A stretch of DNA of 61,341 nt, filler included, from 9 parts of 9 records of this genome joined end to end with filler, not necessarily neighbours in it; one strand, 5' to 3'; counted from the first letter of the whole stretch, positions 41,494 to 51,757 are shown. Notes: generated by a model from the letters alone, not told the origin. Made by a program: numbers and translations.

Positions 41494-42351
41494 ATGAGAC
41501 AGCAATCTTTTCTGAAACGATCCGTCAAAACCCTGATCCACAGCGTTGCATTGGTGGTTTTGGGGGCAACTGCCACCGGTGCTCAGGCCATTGATCGTGG
41601 CTTTATTGCACCCCATGAATACGCACTGCCTACCGATTTCAAACCATTCAATATTTTTGCGCAGTATGCTTTCCTGCAGCAAAACGACACGGTCTACGAT
41701 GCCAATGGCAACAAGGCCCAGGGCCCGGGTTCGGAGTTGCTGGTGGGTCTTTCCAAGTATGTTCGCTTGTGGACGCCAGAATCGAACAAGAACATTGGTT
41801 TGGCGTGGGAAGTGATTGTTCCTGAAATAGGAATTCGCGACAAAAACACCAGTTTCTCAACTGGCGGTTTTGGCGACCCCATCACCGGCTTTGCCATTTG
41901 GACCAAGCCTTCCAGTCAATGGGTATTGGGTGCCGACATGTTTGTTTCCGTGCCAGTGGGTGACGAGGCCGTGGGCGGTGGTGATCGCTGGGACTTGCTG
42001 GGCTCCATTTTCTGGGATGCACAATATGGCAAGTTAAACTACACCGGTAATCTGGGCTACCACTTCAATGGTTCATCTGCCCGTGGCACCGCACCCGGTG
42101 ATTATTATCACCTGAACAACCGCTTTGGTTACCGGGTGTCGGATTTGATCGAGCCCTATGTGGGTATTGATTACCAGACCACGGATGGCGTGGCTGGCGC
42201 ACCAGACAGCAATGAAACTGCCTTGGCCGCAGGCATGATGTTCCACATGTATGACCATGCGTCCATCGCGTTGCACTACCAGAAGGGCATCGATGGCGAA
42301 TCCGTTGCACAATCTGATAGTCTGAACCTGAGATTTGTTTACGTATTTTAA
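41494..42351 (+). CDS. Outer-membrane beta-barrel uptake channel (phenol MetA-pathway/SphA-like family)
   Basis: Signal peptide, GFGDP motif, alternating beta-strand pattern, C-terminal Phe (RFVYVF). Confidence 0.75.
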   Translation: MRQQSFLKRSVKTLIHSVALVVLGATATGAQAIDRGFIAPHEYALPTDFKPFNIFAQYAFLQQNDTVYDANGNKAQGPGSELLVGLSKYVRLWTPESNKNIGLAWEVIVPEIGIRDKNTSFSTGGFGDPITGFAIWTKPSSQWVLGADMFVSVPVGDEAVGGGDRWDLLGSIFWDAQYGKLNYTGNLGYHFNGSSARGTAPGDYYHLNNRFGYRVSDLIEPYVGIDYQTTDGVAGAPDSNETALAAGMMFHMYDHASIALHYQKGIDGESVAQSDSLNLRFVYVF

Positions 42352-42467
42352 TTGATTCACCCCTGTTGGAAAGACACCGGTTTTCATCTTGGTTAACCGC
42401 TGCACACAACCTCCAATTTGGTTTGAATCAAGGTGAGGTGTCTTTCTTTTTTTACCAAGGAGTACGC

Positions 42468-43640
42468 ATGGATTTTTCCATTTCCCCGGAACTGCTGGCG
42501 CTTCAGGAGGAGGTTCGCCGATTCATCGCCGAGCAGGTCATCCCGCTGGAAACGGATCCGCGGCAAACTGCACACGGCCCCTCTGAGGACTTGCGCAACG
42601 AGTTGGTGGCCCGGGCACGAAAAGCCGGTTTGCTGACCCCGCATGCACCGCGGGAATTGGGCGGTTTGGGCTTGAGCCACGTTGAAAAAGCAGTGGTGTT
42701 TGAAGAGGCGGGTTATTCCACCCTTGGCCCCACGGCCATGAATATTCATGCCCCCGATGAAGGCAATATTCACTTGATGGAAGTGGTGGCAACACCGGCG
42801 CAAAAAGAGCGTTGGTTAAAGCCGCTGGTGCAGGGAAAAATACGGTCCTGCTTTGCAATGACCGAGCCTGCGCCCGGTGCAGGTGCCGATCCTTCCATGT
42901 TGCAAACCACGGCGGTGAAAGATGGTGATCACTATGTGATTAACGGCGACAAGTGGTTTATCACAGGCGCTGAGGGCGCAAGCTTCGCCATCATCATGGC
43001 CAAGATGGAAGATGGCACCGCCACCATGTTTTTAAGTGATATGAATGCCCCCGGTGTTGAATACGTGCGCACCATGGATGCGATGGACGCCTGTTTCACG
43101 GGTGGACATGGCGTGTTGCGCTTCAACAATCTGCGCGTTCCCGCAGCAGACGTGCTGGGCGAAATTGGCAAGGGTTTCCGTTATGCACAGGTGCGACTTG
43201 CACCCGCACGCTTGACCCATTGCATGCGCTGGCTTGGACAAGCCCGAAGAACACACGAAATTGCACTGGATTACGCACGCAAAAGGCAGGCGTTTGGCGT
43301 GCAGTTGGGTGCGCATGAAGGCATCAGCTTCATGCTGGCCGACAATGAAATTGATTTGCACACAGCAAGGTTGCACATTTGGCACACCGCATGGATGCTG
43401 GATCGCGGCGAACGTTGCAATTTCGAATCAAGCCGCGCGAAGGTCGCCTGTTCCGAAGCCGAATGGCGCGTGGTGGATCGCAGCGTGCAAATTCTGGGTG
43501 GTCAGGGTGTGACAGGTGAAACCATTGTGAGCCGAATATTCACCGACATGCGTGCCTTTAGAATTTACGATGGCCCCAGCGAAGTACACCGCTTCAGCAT
43601 GGGTAAAAAAATTGTGGCTGGCCGGGAACGATCTGCATGA
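42468..43640 (+). CDS. Acyl-CoA dehydrogenase, ACAD10/11-LvaC type
   Basis: APDEGN, RSCFAMTEP, AQVRLAPARLTHCMR, RIYDGPSEVH. Confidence 0.88.
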   Translation: MDFSISPELLALQEEVRRFIAEQVIPLETDPRQTAHGPSEDLRNELVARARKAGLLTPHAPRELGGLGLSHVEKAVVFEEAGYSTLGPTAMNIHAPDEGNIHLMEVVATPAQKERWLKPLVQGKIRSCFAMTEPAPGAGADPSMLQTTAVKDGDHYVINGDKWFITGAEGASFAIIMAKMEDGTATMFLSDMNAPGVEYVRTMDAMDACFTGGHGVLRFNNLRVPAADVLGEIGKGFRYAQVRLAPARLTHCMRWLGQARRTHEIALDYARKRQAFGVQLGAHEGISFMLADNEIDLHTARLHIWHTAWMLDRGERCNFESSRAKVACSEAEWRVVDRSVQILGGQGVTGETIVSRIFTDMRAFRIYDGPSEVHRFSMGKKIVAGRERSA

Positions 43641-44404
43641 ACAATTTATTCAGCCTGAACAACAAGGTGGTCATGGTCACCGGCGCATCCAGTGGCCTGG
43701 GCAGGCACTTCGCCGTGATGCTGGCCAATGCTGGGGCGCACGTGGTGCTGACCGCACGCAAATCTGACAACCTGAACGAGGTGATTGCAGAAATTCACGC
43801 TGCAGGGCAGCGCGCCACAGCCATTGCGCTGGACGTCAGCAGTGCTGCATCGGTGAAGAAGGCCATTGCCAGCACCATTGAGCAGGTGGGTGTGCCGGAT
43901 GTGTTGGTGAACAACGCAGGGCAGTCGATTGCCAAACCCATGCTGGAGCAGACAGAAGAAGACTGGGACCAGATCATGGATACCAACCTGAAAGGTTGCT
44001 GGCTGATGGCCACTGAACTGGCTCGCGCACTGGTGGCCGAAGGAAAGCCGGGCGCCATTGTGAACGTGGCATCCATTCTGGGTGAAAGGGTGGGGGGCGC
44101 AGTGGGGCCCTATGCCATTTCCAAGGCAGGTGTGGTGCAGGCCACCAAAGCCATGGCGCTTGAATTGTCGCGTTACAGCATCCGTGTGAATGCGCTGTTG
44201 CCGGGCTATGTGGCCACCAACCTGAACCGTGATTTTCTGAAAAGCGAACTGGGCGAGAAATTGCGCATGCGAATTCCATCGCGCCAGTTTTGTTCGCTTG
44301 AAGACCTGGATGGGCCTTTGCTGTTGCTGGCCTCCGATGCCGGTTCCGGCATGACGGGTGCGTGCGTTGCAGTGGATCGCGGGCACCTGGTCAGCGGGCT
44401 GTAG
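43637..44404 (+). CDS. SDR oxidoreductase (LvaD-like ketoacyl-CoA reductase)
   Basis: TGASSGLG, NNAG, YAISK; ATGA overlap with the upstream gene. Confidence 0.88.
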   Translation: MNNLFSLNNKVVMVTGASSGLGRHFAVMLANAGAHVVLTARKSDNLNEVIAEIHAAGQRATAIALDVSSAASVKKAIASTIEQVGVPDVLVNNAGQSIAKPMLEQTEEDWDQIMDTNLKGCWLMATELARALVAEGKPGAIVNVASILGERVGGAVGPYAISKAGVVQATKAMALELSRYSIRVNALLPGYVATNLNRDFLKSELGEKLRMRIPSRQFCSLEDLDGPLLLLASDAGSGMTGACVAVDRGHLVSGL

Positions 44405-44414
44405 GGCAGTAGCG

Positions 44415-45428
44415 ATGAACAAAATTCAACAGGAAGCAATTGAGCGTTTTGTGACACAGGTAGCGGGTGCTGCCCATGTGCACATTGCCCAGGTGAAGTT
44501 GTTGTCAGGCGGTGCTGTTCAGGAAAACTGGTTGCTTGACCTGTTGATTGAAGGCGGCCCGCACCAGGGCACCCTGGAAGCTGTGTTGCGATGTGACTCC
44601 CCCACGGCCGGAGTTGCAATAAGCCATGGCCGCGCCCAGGAATTTGCCCTGCTCAACACTGTGTTTGAAGCCGGTGTTACCGTGCCGCAACCCCTGTGGC
44701 TGTGCGAAGACCTGTCCGTGTTTGGCCGCCCCTTTTTCCTGATGCGCCGCATTCGCGGAACGGCGGCAGGCCATGTGCTGGTGAAAGACCAAGGCGTTAA
44801 AAACAGGGCTGAATTGGCACATCGGCTGGGGCAGGAGCTGGCGAGAATTCATTCCGTGCGCCCGCCGAATGCTGCACTGAATTTCATGCCATTGCATGGT
44901 GAATCGCCTGCGGCACACAGCGTAAAACAATACCGTTCGTTTCTGGATCGCCACCACACGCCTTACCCGGCGCTGGAATGGGGGCTTCGCTGGCTTGAAC
45001 GCCACGCCCCACCCAAGGGTTTGCTCACTTTGACCCATGGCGACTTTCGCACCGGGAATTACATGGTGGACGAGCAGGGTTTGACCGGCATTCTGGATTG
45101 GGAATTTGCAGGCTGGGGCGACCCGCTGGAAGACCTGGGCTGGTTTTGTGCAAAATGCTGGCGCTTCGGCCAAAACGACATGCAGGCCGGTGGTATTGGT
45201 TCTCGGGAAGATTTTTACGCAGGTTATGAAGCCGAATCACGGCGCACAATTGAGCGCAGCGAGGTTCATTACTGGGAAGTGATGGCCCACATGAAATGGG
45301 CAATTATTGCGATTCAGCAGGCCGAACGCCATTGTTCTGGTGAAGAGGATTCGCTGTTGCTGGCCCTGACCGGGCACATTGTGCCCGAGCTTGAATGGGA
45401 AATATTGAACATGACGGAGCACAACTGA
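44415..45428 (+). CDS. APH-family phosphotransferase (LvaA-like hydroxyacyl-CoA kinase)
   Basis: LSGGAVQENW, HGDFRTGN, LDWEFA, GDPLEDLGW. Confidence 0.85.
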   Translation: MNKIQQEAIERFVTQVAGAAHVHIAQVKLLSGGAVQENWLLDLLIEGGPHQGTLEAVLRCDSPTAGVAISHGRAQEFALLNTVFEAGVTVPQPLWLCEDLSVFGRPFFLMRRIRGTAAGHVLVKDQGVKNRAELAHRLGQELARIHSVRPPNAALNFMPLHGESPAAHSVKQYRSFLDRHHTPYPALEWGLRWLERHAPPKGLLTLTHGDFRTGNYMVDEQGLTGILDWEFAGWGDPLEDLGWFCAKCWRFGQNDMQAGGIGSREDFYAGYEAESRRTIERSEVHYWEVMAHMKWAIIAIQQAERHCSGEEDSLLLALTGHIVPELEWEILNMTEHN

Positions 45429-45802
45429 TGCGTGAACAACCCACAGGTGTTGCCCTTTTGCAATGCGCGCGCGATGTGCTGAAAATCAAAGTATTGCCCT
45501 TGCTGGGTGGTGATGCCAAACGCGACGTGTTGATGGTGATGAATGCCATGTCGATCGCGCAGCGCGAACTGGGGGCGGGCAGCGCACCCACTGAAACAGA
45601 ACAGCAATCCCTTTCCCAGTTGTTGGGTGAACCAGTGTTTGACCTGCAACTGGCCAATCGCACCCTGGGTGCACGCATTCGTGCTGGTGAAGCTGACCCT
45701 GGGCGGGAAGAACGCACAGCAGTGTTGGCCCATTTGCGCACGATTGGTCGCCACCGTTTGCAGGCCAGTAACCCCAAGGTGTTGAAGGCTGACAACACAT
45801 GA
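45428..45802 (+). CDS. DUF6285 / LvaB-like small protein
   Basis: MREQPTG..LL..AR, NAMSIAQRE, RIRAG, L..SNPK; TGATG overlap with the kinase gene. Confidence 0.78.
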   Translation: MREQPTGVALLQCARDVLKIKVLPLLGGDAKRDVLMVMNAMSIAQRELGAGSAPTETEQQSLSQLLGEPVFDLQLANRTLGARIRAGEADPGREERTAVLAHLRTIGRHRLQASNPKVLKADNT

Positions 45803-46470
45803 GCACCCTGGTGTTGATGCGCCACGGGCAGGCCTCATTTGGCGCTGCAAAATACGATGCGCTGACCCGTCAAGGTGAGTCGCAAGCACGCGCCACAGGC
45901 CTGTGGATGCGCCAGCATGGCATTGCGCCAACAGCCCTGGTGCATGGGCCCCGGCAACGGCAAATTCATTCTGCAAAGCTGCTGCTTGAGGGCGCACGCA
46001 TGGCGTGCACACCCGCCGAAGTCAATGCTCTGGATGAGTTCGCCGAGGGCGAAGAAATTTTTGCCGCAGCCGAAAAACATTTCGGCAGACCCATGTGGGA
46101 ATCGATCGGCAGAAGCAGTACGGATGTACTGCGCGACTACGATGCTGCCTGTCGCGCCTGGTCGCTTGACGAACTGGAAATTCCAGGGTGCTTGTCGATC
46201 GATGAGTTCCGTGCGGAGGTTTGCCAGTGGTTCGAGCAAACCACTGGCACTGCGGATTCCGGGCAGTGTGTACTTGCGGTTACTTCAGCGGGTGTAATCG
46301 CGACGCTTGTGTGCGAAGTAATGGGTTTGCCCAACAGCAAATGGCATTCATTGTTGCGGGTGATCCGCAATGCATCGCTGACCGATATTCTGTACTCCAA
46401 AGGGCGAAGCAGCTTGCTTGCCTTTAATGGAGTGGGGCATCTTCCCGATGCCCTTACTTCCTCTGTGTAA
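45799..46470 (+). CDS. Histidine phosphatase family protein
   Basis: LMRHGQASFG..YD.L, LDEF, VTSAGVI, FNGVGHL. Confidence 0.88.
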   Translation: MSTLVLMRHGQASFGAAKYDALTRQGESQARATGLWMRQHGIAPTALVHGPRQRQIHSAKLLLEGARMACTPAEVNALDEFAEGEEIFAAAEKHFGRPMWESIGRSSTDVLRDYDAACRAWSLDELEIPGCLSIDEFRAEVCQWFEQTTGTADSGQCVLAVTSAGVIATLVCEVMGLPNSKWHSLLRVIRNASLTDILYSKGRSSLLAFNGVGHLPDALTSSV

Positions 46471-46472
46471 CT

Positions 46473-47189
46473 TCAGGCTCGCATCAGTTTTCGTTTGCCC
46501 GCAGGTGCTTCTTCTTGTGCCGGGTTGTTGGCCATGTTTTCCATCAAGCGCGCAATCATGAAGTCTGCAGCCTGCGTAATGTGCTCACGGCCCAGGCGTT
46601 CAGCGGCGGCACCATCGCCTTCCACAATGGTTTCAAGCATGGCCTCGTGCTGGCTCCACACGTTGCGCGGCTGTTCATCGCTTTTCAACACTTCACCCAT
46701 CACGCGTTGGGTGTTGAGCCAGTGCGATTCCATGGCGGGGGGAATCAGGGGGTTCTCGGCCAGGTGGTAAATGAAGTGGTGAAAGGCCATGTCCGCAGCA
46801 ATCATCTCCCGGAATGAATGGTTGCTGACCGCTTTCAAACCGGCCTTGATCAGGGCATGACCCTTAACTTTGGCATTTTTGCTGTTCAGTTCTGCGGCAC
46901 GCCGACAGGCCAGCCCTTCGATCACCGCCCGCATGTCGTACATATTGCGAACGTAGTTTGGGTCCAGCGGCGCAACCAACAGGCCGCGGCCCGGCGCATC
47001 CACCAACACACCTTGGTTTCGCAAAAGCGCAAGTGCCTGCTGAATGGGTTGCCGGGACACACCAAGTTCCTTGGCCAGTTGTTCTTGGATGATTCGGGAG
47101 CCAGAGCGCAGTGTGCCCCCGGAAATTTCTCCCAGCAGGACTTTGTAGACCTGTTCCACAAGCTTTGGCGTTGTTTCGATCGCTTTCAT
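46473..47189 (-). CDS. GntR/FCD (VanR-like) transcriptional regulator
   Basis: LAKELGVSRQPIQQAL wHTH; DMAFH and QHEAM FCD motifs. Confidence 0.92.
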   Translation of the reverse strand: MKAIETTPKLVEQVYKVLLGEISGGTLRSGSRIIQEQLAKELGVSRQPIQQALALLRNQGVLVDAPGRGLLVAPLDPNYVRNMYDMRAVIEGLACRRAAELNSKNAKVKGHALIKAGLKAVSNHSFREMIAADMAFHHFIYHLAENPLIPPAMESHWLNTQRVMGEVLKSDEQPRNVWSQHEAMLETIVEGDGAAAERLGREHITQAADFMIARLMENMANNPAQEEAPAGKRKLMRA

Positions 47190-47230
47190 GAAATACGTGC
47201 CCCAATCAACAGAATATATAAGGAATTAAA

Positions 47231-48970
47231 TCACACTTTCTTTGAATTCGGTGTGCAACGCCAATCGCGTTCCGCAGTGTCCCAGGCCGCCAGTGCCTGA
47301 TAGTCGGGAACCCAGGCCAAGCCTGATTTTGCGTCTGATGATACCGCTTCTGGCGTGACCAGTACATCCAGCAGGGCTGGCCTGTTTGCCATGGCCCGTT
47401 CAATGGCACCTTCAAGGTCTTCCACACGTTCCACACGCTCTGAGTACAACCCAAAAGCTTTTGCCATGGATGCATGGTCGGCAAACTGCAAGCGGGTGCC
47501 GCACACCGTTCCGTGTGTTTCCTGCTGGTCCCGAACCTCGATAGCCCATGCACCGTTGTTGGCAACCACGATCAACACCGGTGCCTTGTGACGGGCAGCG
47601 GTGTCCATTTCCATGGCGTTGAATCCGAATGATCCATCCCCAGTGGCCACCAGCACAGTGTGGTCGGGCTTTGCAAGACTGGCCGCAACACCAAAGGGCG
47701 TGCCCACGCCAATGCAGCCCAGTGAGCCTGGATCCAGATACGTGCTTGCAGGCAAACCAACCCGCGCAAAGCTGAGAAAATCGCCACCGTCTGCCACCAC
47801 CACTGATTTTTCTGGCAAGGCCTGTCGCAAGGCATACAGCAGCCTGTTGGGGTGCATTAATCCGTCTTTGCCGTTGGGTGCGTTGCGCATGCTTTCCAGC
47901 AGCTTGGCCGATCGGTCTTTGTGTTGTTGATGAAGCCCGTTGATCCACTTCAGATCGGTTGCTGGTGCGCGATCGCCTGCACACGCCAGAATGTCTTCAA
48001 TGGCCAGACGGGGGGTGGAAAACAGTTCCACCACGCCACGCCGGTTGTCGCGAAGTTCGCTGGCACAGTCGGCAATTCTTACGAATTCGGCTTGCCCAAA
48101 CACAGCCGGTGAACCATAGGCCAACTGGAAATCAAGTTTGCGACCAATGGTTAAAATAACGTCGGCCTGCCCCATCACTGCGCCGCGCATGGCTGCAACC
48201 ACGCTGGGGTGTTCTTCACTGACCAGGCCCCGGCTTTCACCCGTGTCCAGGTAGGCCGCCTGCAGTCGATCCAACAGCTTTGTCAGTGCAGGGCCTGCGC
48301 CCTGCGCGCCACGGCCGGTGATGACCAAGGGGCGCTTGGCCGACCACAAACGTTCCATGGCTTGCTCGATGGCAGCCTGCGGTGCTCCAAATTCCTGACG
48401 GTTTTTCGGGGCAAGGTGTTCTTGCAGAACCACTGCTTGCGGCACCTCACTGCGCAGCGTGTTCACGGGAAAGTCCAGGTAGACCGGACCGGGCTCGCCA
48501 TGGTGACCCAGTGCGCGTGAAACCGCTTCATCCAGTTCTTGCAGAACCAGCTCTGGTTCCCGAACTGTTTTGGCATATCGGGTGATGGATCGAACCAGGT
48601 CGGTGTGCACCATGTCTTGCAGGGCACCCCGGTTTTCCTGAAGGGTAGGGGGGGTGCCTGAAAGCACCAACACCGGTACGCGGGCCACATTGGCATTGGC
48701 AATGCCTGTCATGGCATTGGTCACGCCTGGGCCTGCCGTAACCAGTGCCACGCCAAACTGGCCTGTCAATTGCGCTTCTGCGTGGGCCATGTAAACGGCG
48801 GCCCTTTCGTCGCGCACATCCACTATTTGAATGCCTTCGGCGTGCAGCCGCATCCAGACGGGCATGATGTGCCCGCCGCACAGGGCATAAACCCTTTTAA
48901 TGCCGCGCGCCTTCAAAAACCGCGCGATAAGTGCGGCGGCGCTGTGCTCTGAAATTTGCATGGTGGCCAT
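47231..48970 (-). CDS. ThDP-dependent enzyme, 2-hydroxyacyl-CoA lyase-like
   Basis: LCGGHI, RDERAA, TAGPG, GDGSFG...NNGAWAIE ThDP motif; C-terminal SSDAKSGLAWVPDYQAL. Confidence 0.82.
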   Translation of the reverse strand: MATMQISEHSAAALIARFLKARGIKRVYALCGGHIMPVWMRLHAEGIQIVDVRDERAAVYMAHAEAQLTGQFGVALVTAGPGVTNAMTGIANANVARVPVLVLSGTPPTLQENRGALQDMVHTDLVRSITRYAKTVREPELVLQELDEAVSRALGHHGEPGPVYLDFPVNTLRSEVPQAVVLQEHLAPKNRQEFGAPQAAIEQAMERLWSAKRPLVITGRGAQGAGPALTKLLDRLQAAYLDTGESRGLVSEEHPSVVAAMRGAVMGQADVILTIGRKLDFQLAYGSPAVFGQAEFVRIADCASELRDNRRGVVELFSTPRLAIEDILACAGDRAPATDLKWINGLHQQHKDRSAKLLESMRNAPNGKDGLMHPNRLLYALRQALPEKSVVVADGGDFLSFARVGLPASTYLDPGSLGCIGVGTPFGVAASLAKPDHTVLVATGDGSFGFNAMEMDTAARHKAPVLIVVANNGAWAIEVRDQQETHGTVCGTRLQFADHASMAKAFGLYSERVERVEDLEGAIERAMANRPALLDVLVTPEAVSSDAKSGLAWVPDYQALAAWDTAERDWRCTPNSKKV

Positions 48971-49049
48971 GGTGATGTCTCCTCATTTTTCTGGTGCCGG
49001 TCTAAAACCGTGGTTGCAAACTCGTCAATTTCGATTAGAATAATATCGC

Positions 49050-49065
49050 ATTCTGAATTCGGAAT
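49050..49065. promoter_or_regulatory. Palindromic operator copy 2
   Basis: ATTCTGAATTCGGAAT, 15/16 match, in the divergent lyase/ligase promoter. Confidence 0.7.
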
Positions 49066-49115
49066 ATAGAATTTAAAGCTATATTCTTTCAAATAAAGTT
49101 GAGGAGACTGGCAAC

Positions 49116-50684
49116 ATGAGTCAATTGATGACTATTTCCGATGCGGTACAAGCCCATGCCAGGCTGCGCCCTGCAACGCTGGCAGCCCGTGATTCGCGCC
49201 GCGCACTGTCGTACCGGCAGCTTGACGAGCGCGCAGGCAAACTGGCTTCTGCATTGATTGATCTTGGGCTTACACGCGGGGACCGCGTGGCGGTGCTGGC
49301 CTACAACTGCGTGGAATGGATGGAAATGTACGTGGGGCTTGCGCGTGCGGGTCTGGTGGCTGTGCCTTTGAATTTCCGTTTGAGTGGGCCTGAAATTGAA
49401 TACATTTTGCTGGATTGCAAAACGAGTTGCATGATTGCCGGCCCGGATTTCACAGCCGTTGTGGACTCCATTCGCGACAAGCTGGAATTTCCCGAAGCAC
49501 GATTCATTGCCTTGGGCGAGACGGCTCCGTCGGGTTGGCTGTCTTATGAATCAATGGTGTCGCAGGCCCCCTGGCCCCGCGAATTTGAGCCGGTCGCTGC
49601 CGATGAAATGTGTGCCCTGATGTACACATCCGGTACCACGGGCCGACCCAAAGGTGCTGTTCGCCAGCACGAGGGCAGTACCCTGATTGCCATGGCCACG
49701 GCGCTGGAAATGGGCTTTACACACGCAGACATTGCCTTGCTGGTGATGCCCCTGTGCCATGCAAATTCCCTCTACTTTGCAAACACATTTCTGCACACGG
49801 GCGGTGCCTGCATTATTGACGACAGCAAAAGCTTCAACCCCGAACATTTGCTGCGCACTTTGTCTGAAGAGAAGGTGACCTTCACCTCGCTGGTGCCTAC
49901 GCACTACATCATGATTTTGTCTTTGCCTGATGAGGTGAAAGCAAAATACGACATGAGCACCGTGGGCAAGTTGCTGGTTTCCTCGGCACCTGCACGAAAA
50001 GACACCAAACTTGCAATCCTGGATTATTTTAAAAACGGCAAGCTGTATGAACTGTACGGTTCAACCGAGGCTGGGTGGGTCACCTTGCTGCGCCCGGAGG
50101 AGCAAATTTCCAAGCTGGGTTCCGTGGGGCGTGAATGGGCTTGTAGCGGCGCCATTCGCCTGCAGGATGAGCATGGCAATGAGGTGCCGGATGGTGAGGT
50201 GGGCGAGCTTTTTTCGCGAACCTCGTATGTGTTCAAAGGGTACTGGCAAAACGATGAAAAAACCAAAGAAGCTTTTCGCGGTGCCTGGTGTTCAGTGGGG
50301 GACATGGCGCGGCGCGATCAGGATGGTTACATTTGGTTGGTCGACCGGAAAAGCAACATGATCATCAGTGGTGGCGAGAACATTTACCCCTCGGAAGTGG
50401 AGGCGGTGGTGGGCGCGCACCCCAAGGTGAAAGATGTGGCGGTGATCGGTGTGCCGCATGAAAAATGGGGTGAAACAGTACAGGCGGTGGTGGTGCCACA
50501 TGTGGGCCAGCAGCTTGACGAGACCGAGCTGAAAAGCTGGTGCCGGGAGCGGCTTGCGACATTTAAATGCCCCACATCGATTGTGTTCATCCAGGACGAT
50601 GAAATGCCCCGCACGGCTACAGGCAAGATTCTTCATCGTATACTACGGCAAAAGTTAGGCGGCACGAACACCGCTGCCGCATAG
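49116..50684 (+). CDS. Acyl-CoA synthetase (AMP-forming)
   Basis: YTSGTTGRPKG, YGSTE, GD...DRK..MIISGGENIYP.EVE, PRTATGK. Confidence 0.92.
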   Translation: MSQLMTISDAVQAHARLRPATLAARDSRRALSYRQLDERAGKLASALIDLGLTRGDRVAVLAYNCVEWMEMYVGLARAGLVAVPLNFRLSGPEIEYILLDCKTSCMIAGPDFTAVVDSIRDKLEFPEARFIALGETAPSGWLSYESMVSQAPWPREFEPVAADEMCALMYTSGTTGRPKGAVRQHEGSTLIAMATALEMGFTHADIALLVMPLCHANSLYFANTFLHTGGACIIDDSKSFNPEHLLRTLSEEKVTFTSLVPTHYIMILSLPDEVKAKYDMSTVGKLLVSSAPARKDTKLAILDYFKNGKLYELYGSTEAGWVTLLRPEEQISKLGSVGREWACSGAIRLQDEHGNEVPDGEVGELFSRTSYVFKGYWQNDEKTKEAFRGAWCSVGDMARRDQDGYIWLVDRKSNMIISGGENIYPSEVEAVVGAHPKVKDVAVIGVPHEKWGETVQAVVVPHVGQQLDETELKSWCRERLATFKCPTSIVFIQDDEMPRTATGKILHRILRQKLGGTNTAAA

Positions 50685-50696
50685 CCGGTTTACGAC

Positions 50697-50722
50697 ATGG
50701 CGACACAGGTCGCCATTTTTTT
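50697..50722 (+). terminator. Rho-independent terminator
   Basis: ATGGCGAC-ACAG-GTCGCCAT followed by T6. Confidence 0.8.
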
Positions 50723-50743
50723 CAACCTGATTCTCTTATCCAG

Positions 50744-51715
50744 ATGCAACAAATTTTTCTGGTTACTTTGCCGTTTTTTGCCCTGATTCTTTGTGGCTAT
50801 CTGGCCACCCGGGGGCGTCTGTTGCCTTTGGGCGCGATCCCCGGGCTGAATGCATTTGTGTTGTATTTCGCTTTGCCCAGCATGCTGTTTCAGTTTGCGT
50901 CCAATATGGATGTTGCTGAACTGTTTGATCCGCACACGATATTTGTTTATATGCTATGTGCTTTGCTGATGGTGTTTCTGACGGTGTTCACGACCCGCCG
51001 CGGCAACACCAACTGGAACAATGCCGCTTTCGGTGCACTGGTTGCGGCATTTCCCAATTCCGGTTTCATGGGCATGCCAATACTGGTTTCGCTGGTGGGT
51101 GCCGGCGGCGTTGGGCCTGCGGTGGTGTCCATTTCAATCGACATGATCATTACTTCATCGCTGTGCATTGCTTTGTCACGTTTGGGGCAGCGTGGTGATG
51201 GCGGTGCCGTGGAGGCTGCACGAAAAGCCATGAAGGGTGTGTTGCTGAATCCACTGCCCTGGGCGGTGGTGTTGGGCGCAATTTGTTCGGCCACTGCATT
51301 TCGTTTTTATGAGCCGCTTGACCAGATCATCAAGATGTTTGCCAATTCCTGTTCGCCCATCGCCCTGTTCACCATTGGTGCCATGCTGGCTCGTCCGCCC
51401 GCCACAGCTGCGGTGGATTCCCCACCCGCCGGACGTTTCAAACTGGGCGATATCCATTTGATCGTGGTGTACAAATTGATTGTTCACCCGCTGCTGGTGC
51501 TGGGTGTGGGCTATGTGTACACGCAAATGGGTTTTGATTTGTCGCCGCAGGCGCTTACCGTGCTGGTGCTTGTGGCGGCGCTGCCAAGTGCAAGCAGCAT
51601 CACCGTGCTTGCGGAAAAGTTTGAAGCGGATTCCAGGCGAATTGCGCAGATCGTCCTGTTTTCAACCGCCATTGCATTTTTAACTTTTTCTACGGCAGTG
51701 AAGTGGTTGCTGTGA
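50744..51715 (+). CDS. AEC family transporter
   Basis: LNAFVLYFALP, FPNSGFMGMP, NP, PIALFTIG, KLIVHP, ALPSA. Confidence 0.9.
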   Translation: MQQIFLVTLPFFALILCGYLATRGRLLPLGAIPGLNAFVLYFALPSMLFQFASNMDVAELFDPHTIFVYMLCALLMVFLTVFTTRRGNTNWNNAAFGALVAAFPNSGFMGMPILVSLVGAGGVGPAVVSISIDMIITSSLCIALSRLGQRGDGGAVEAARKAMKGVLLNPLPWAVVLGAICSATAFRFYEPLDQIIKMFANSCSPIALFTIGAMLARPPATAAVDSPPAGRFKLGDIHLIVVYKLIVHPLLVLGVGYVYTQMGFDLSPQALTVLVLVAALPSASSITVLAEKFEADSRRIAQIVLFSTAIAFLTFSTAVKWLL

Positions 51716-51726
51716 CCTGCTAAAAA

Positions 51727-51757
51727 CACAAGGGGCAATATTTACTGACCCCTTGTG
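51727..51757. terminator. Hairpin between convergent AEC transporter and pqqA genes
   Basis: CACAAGGGG...CCCCTTGTG. Confidence 0.6.
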
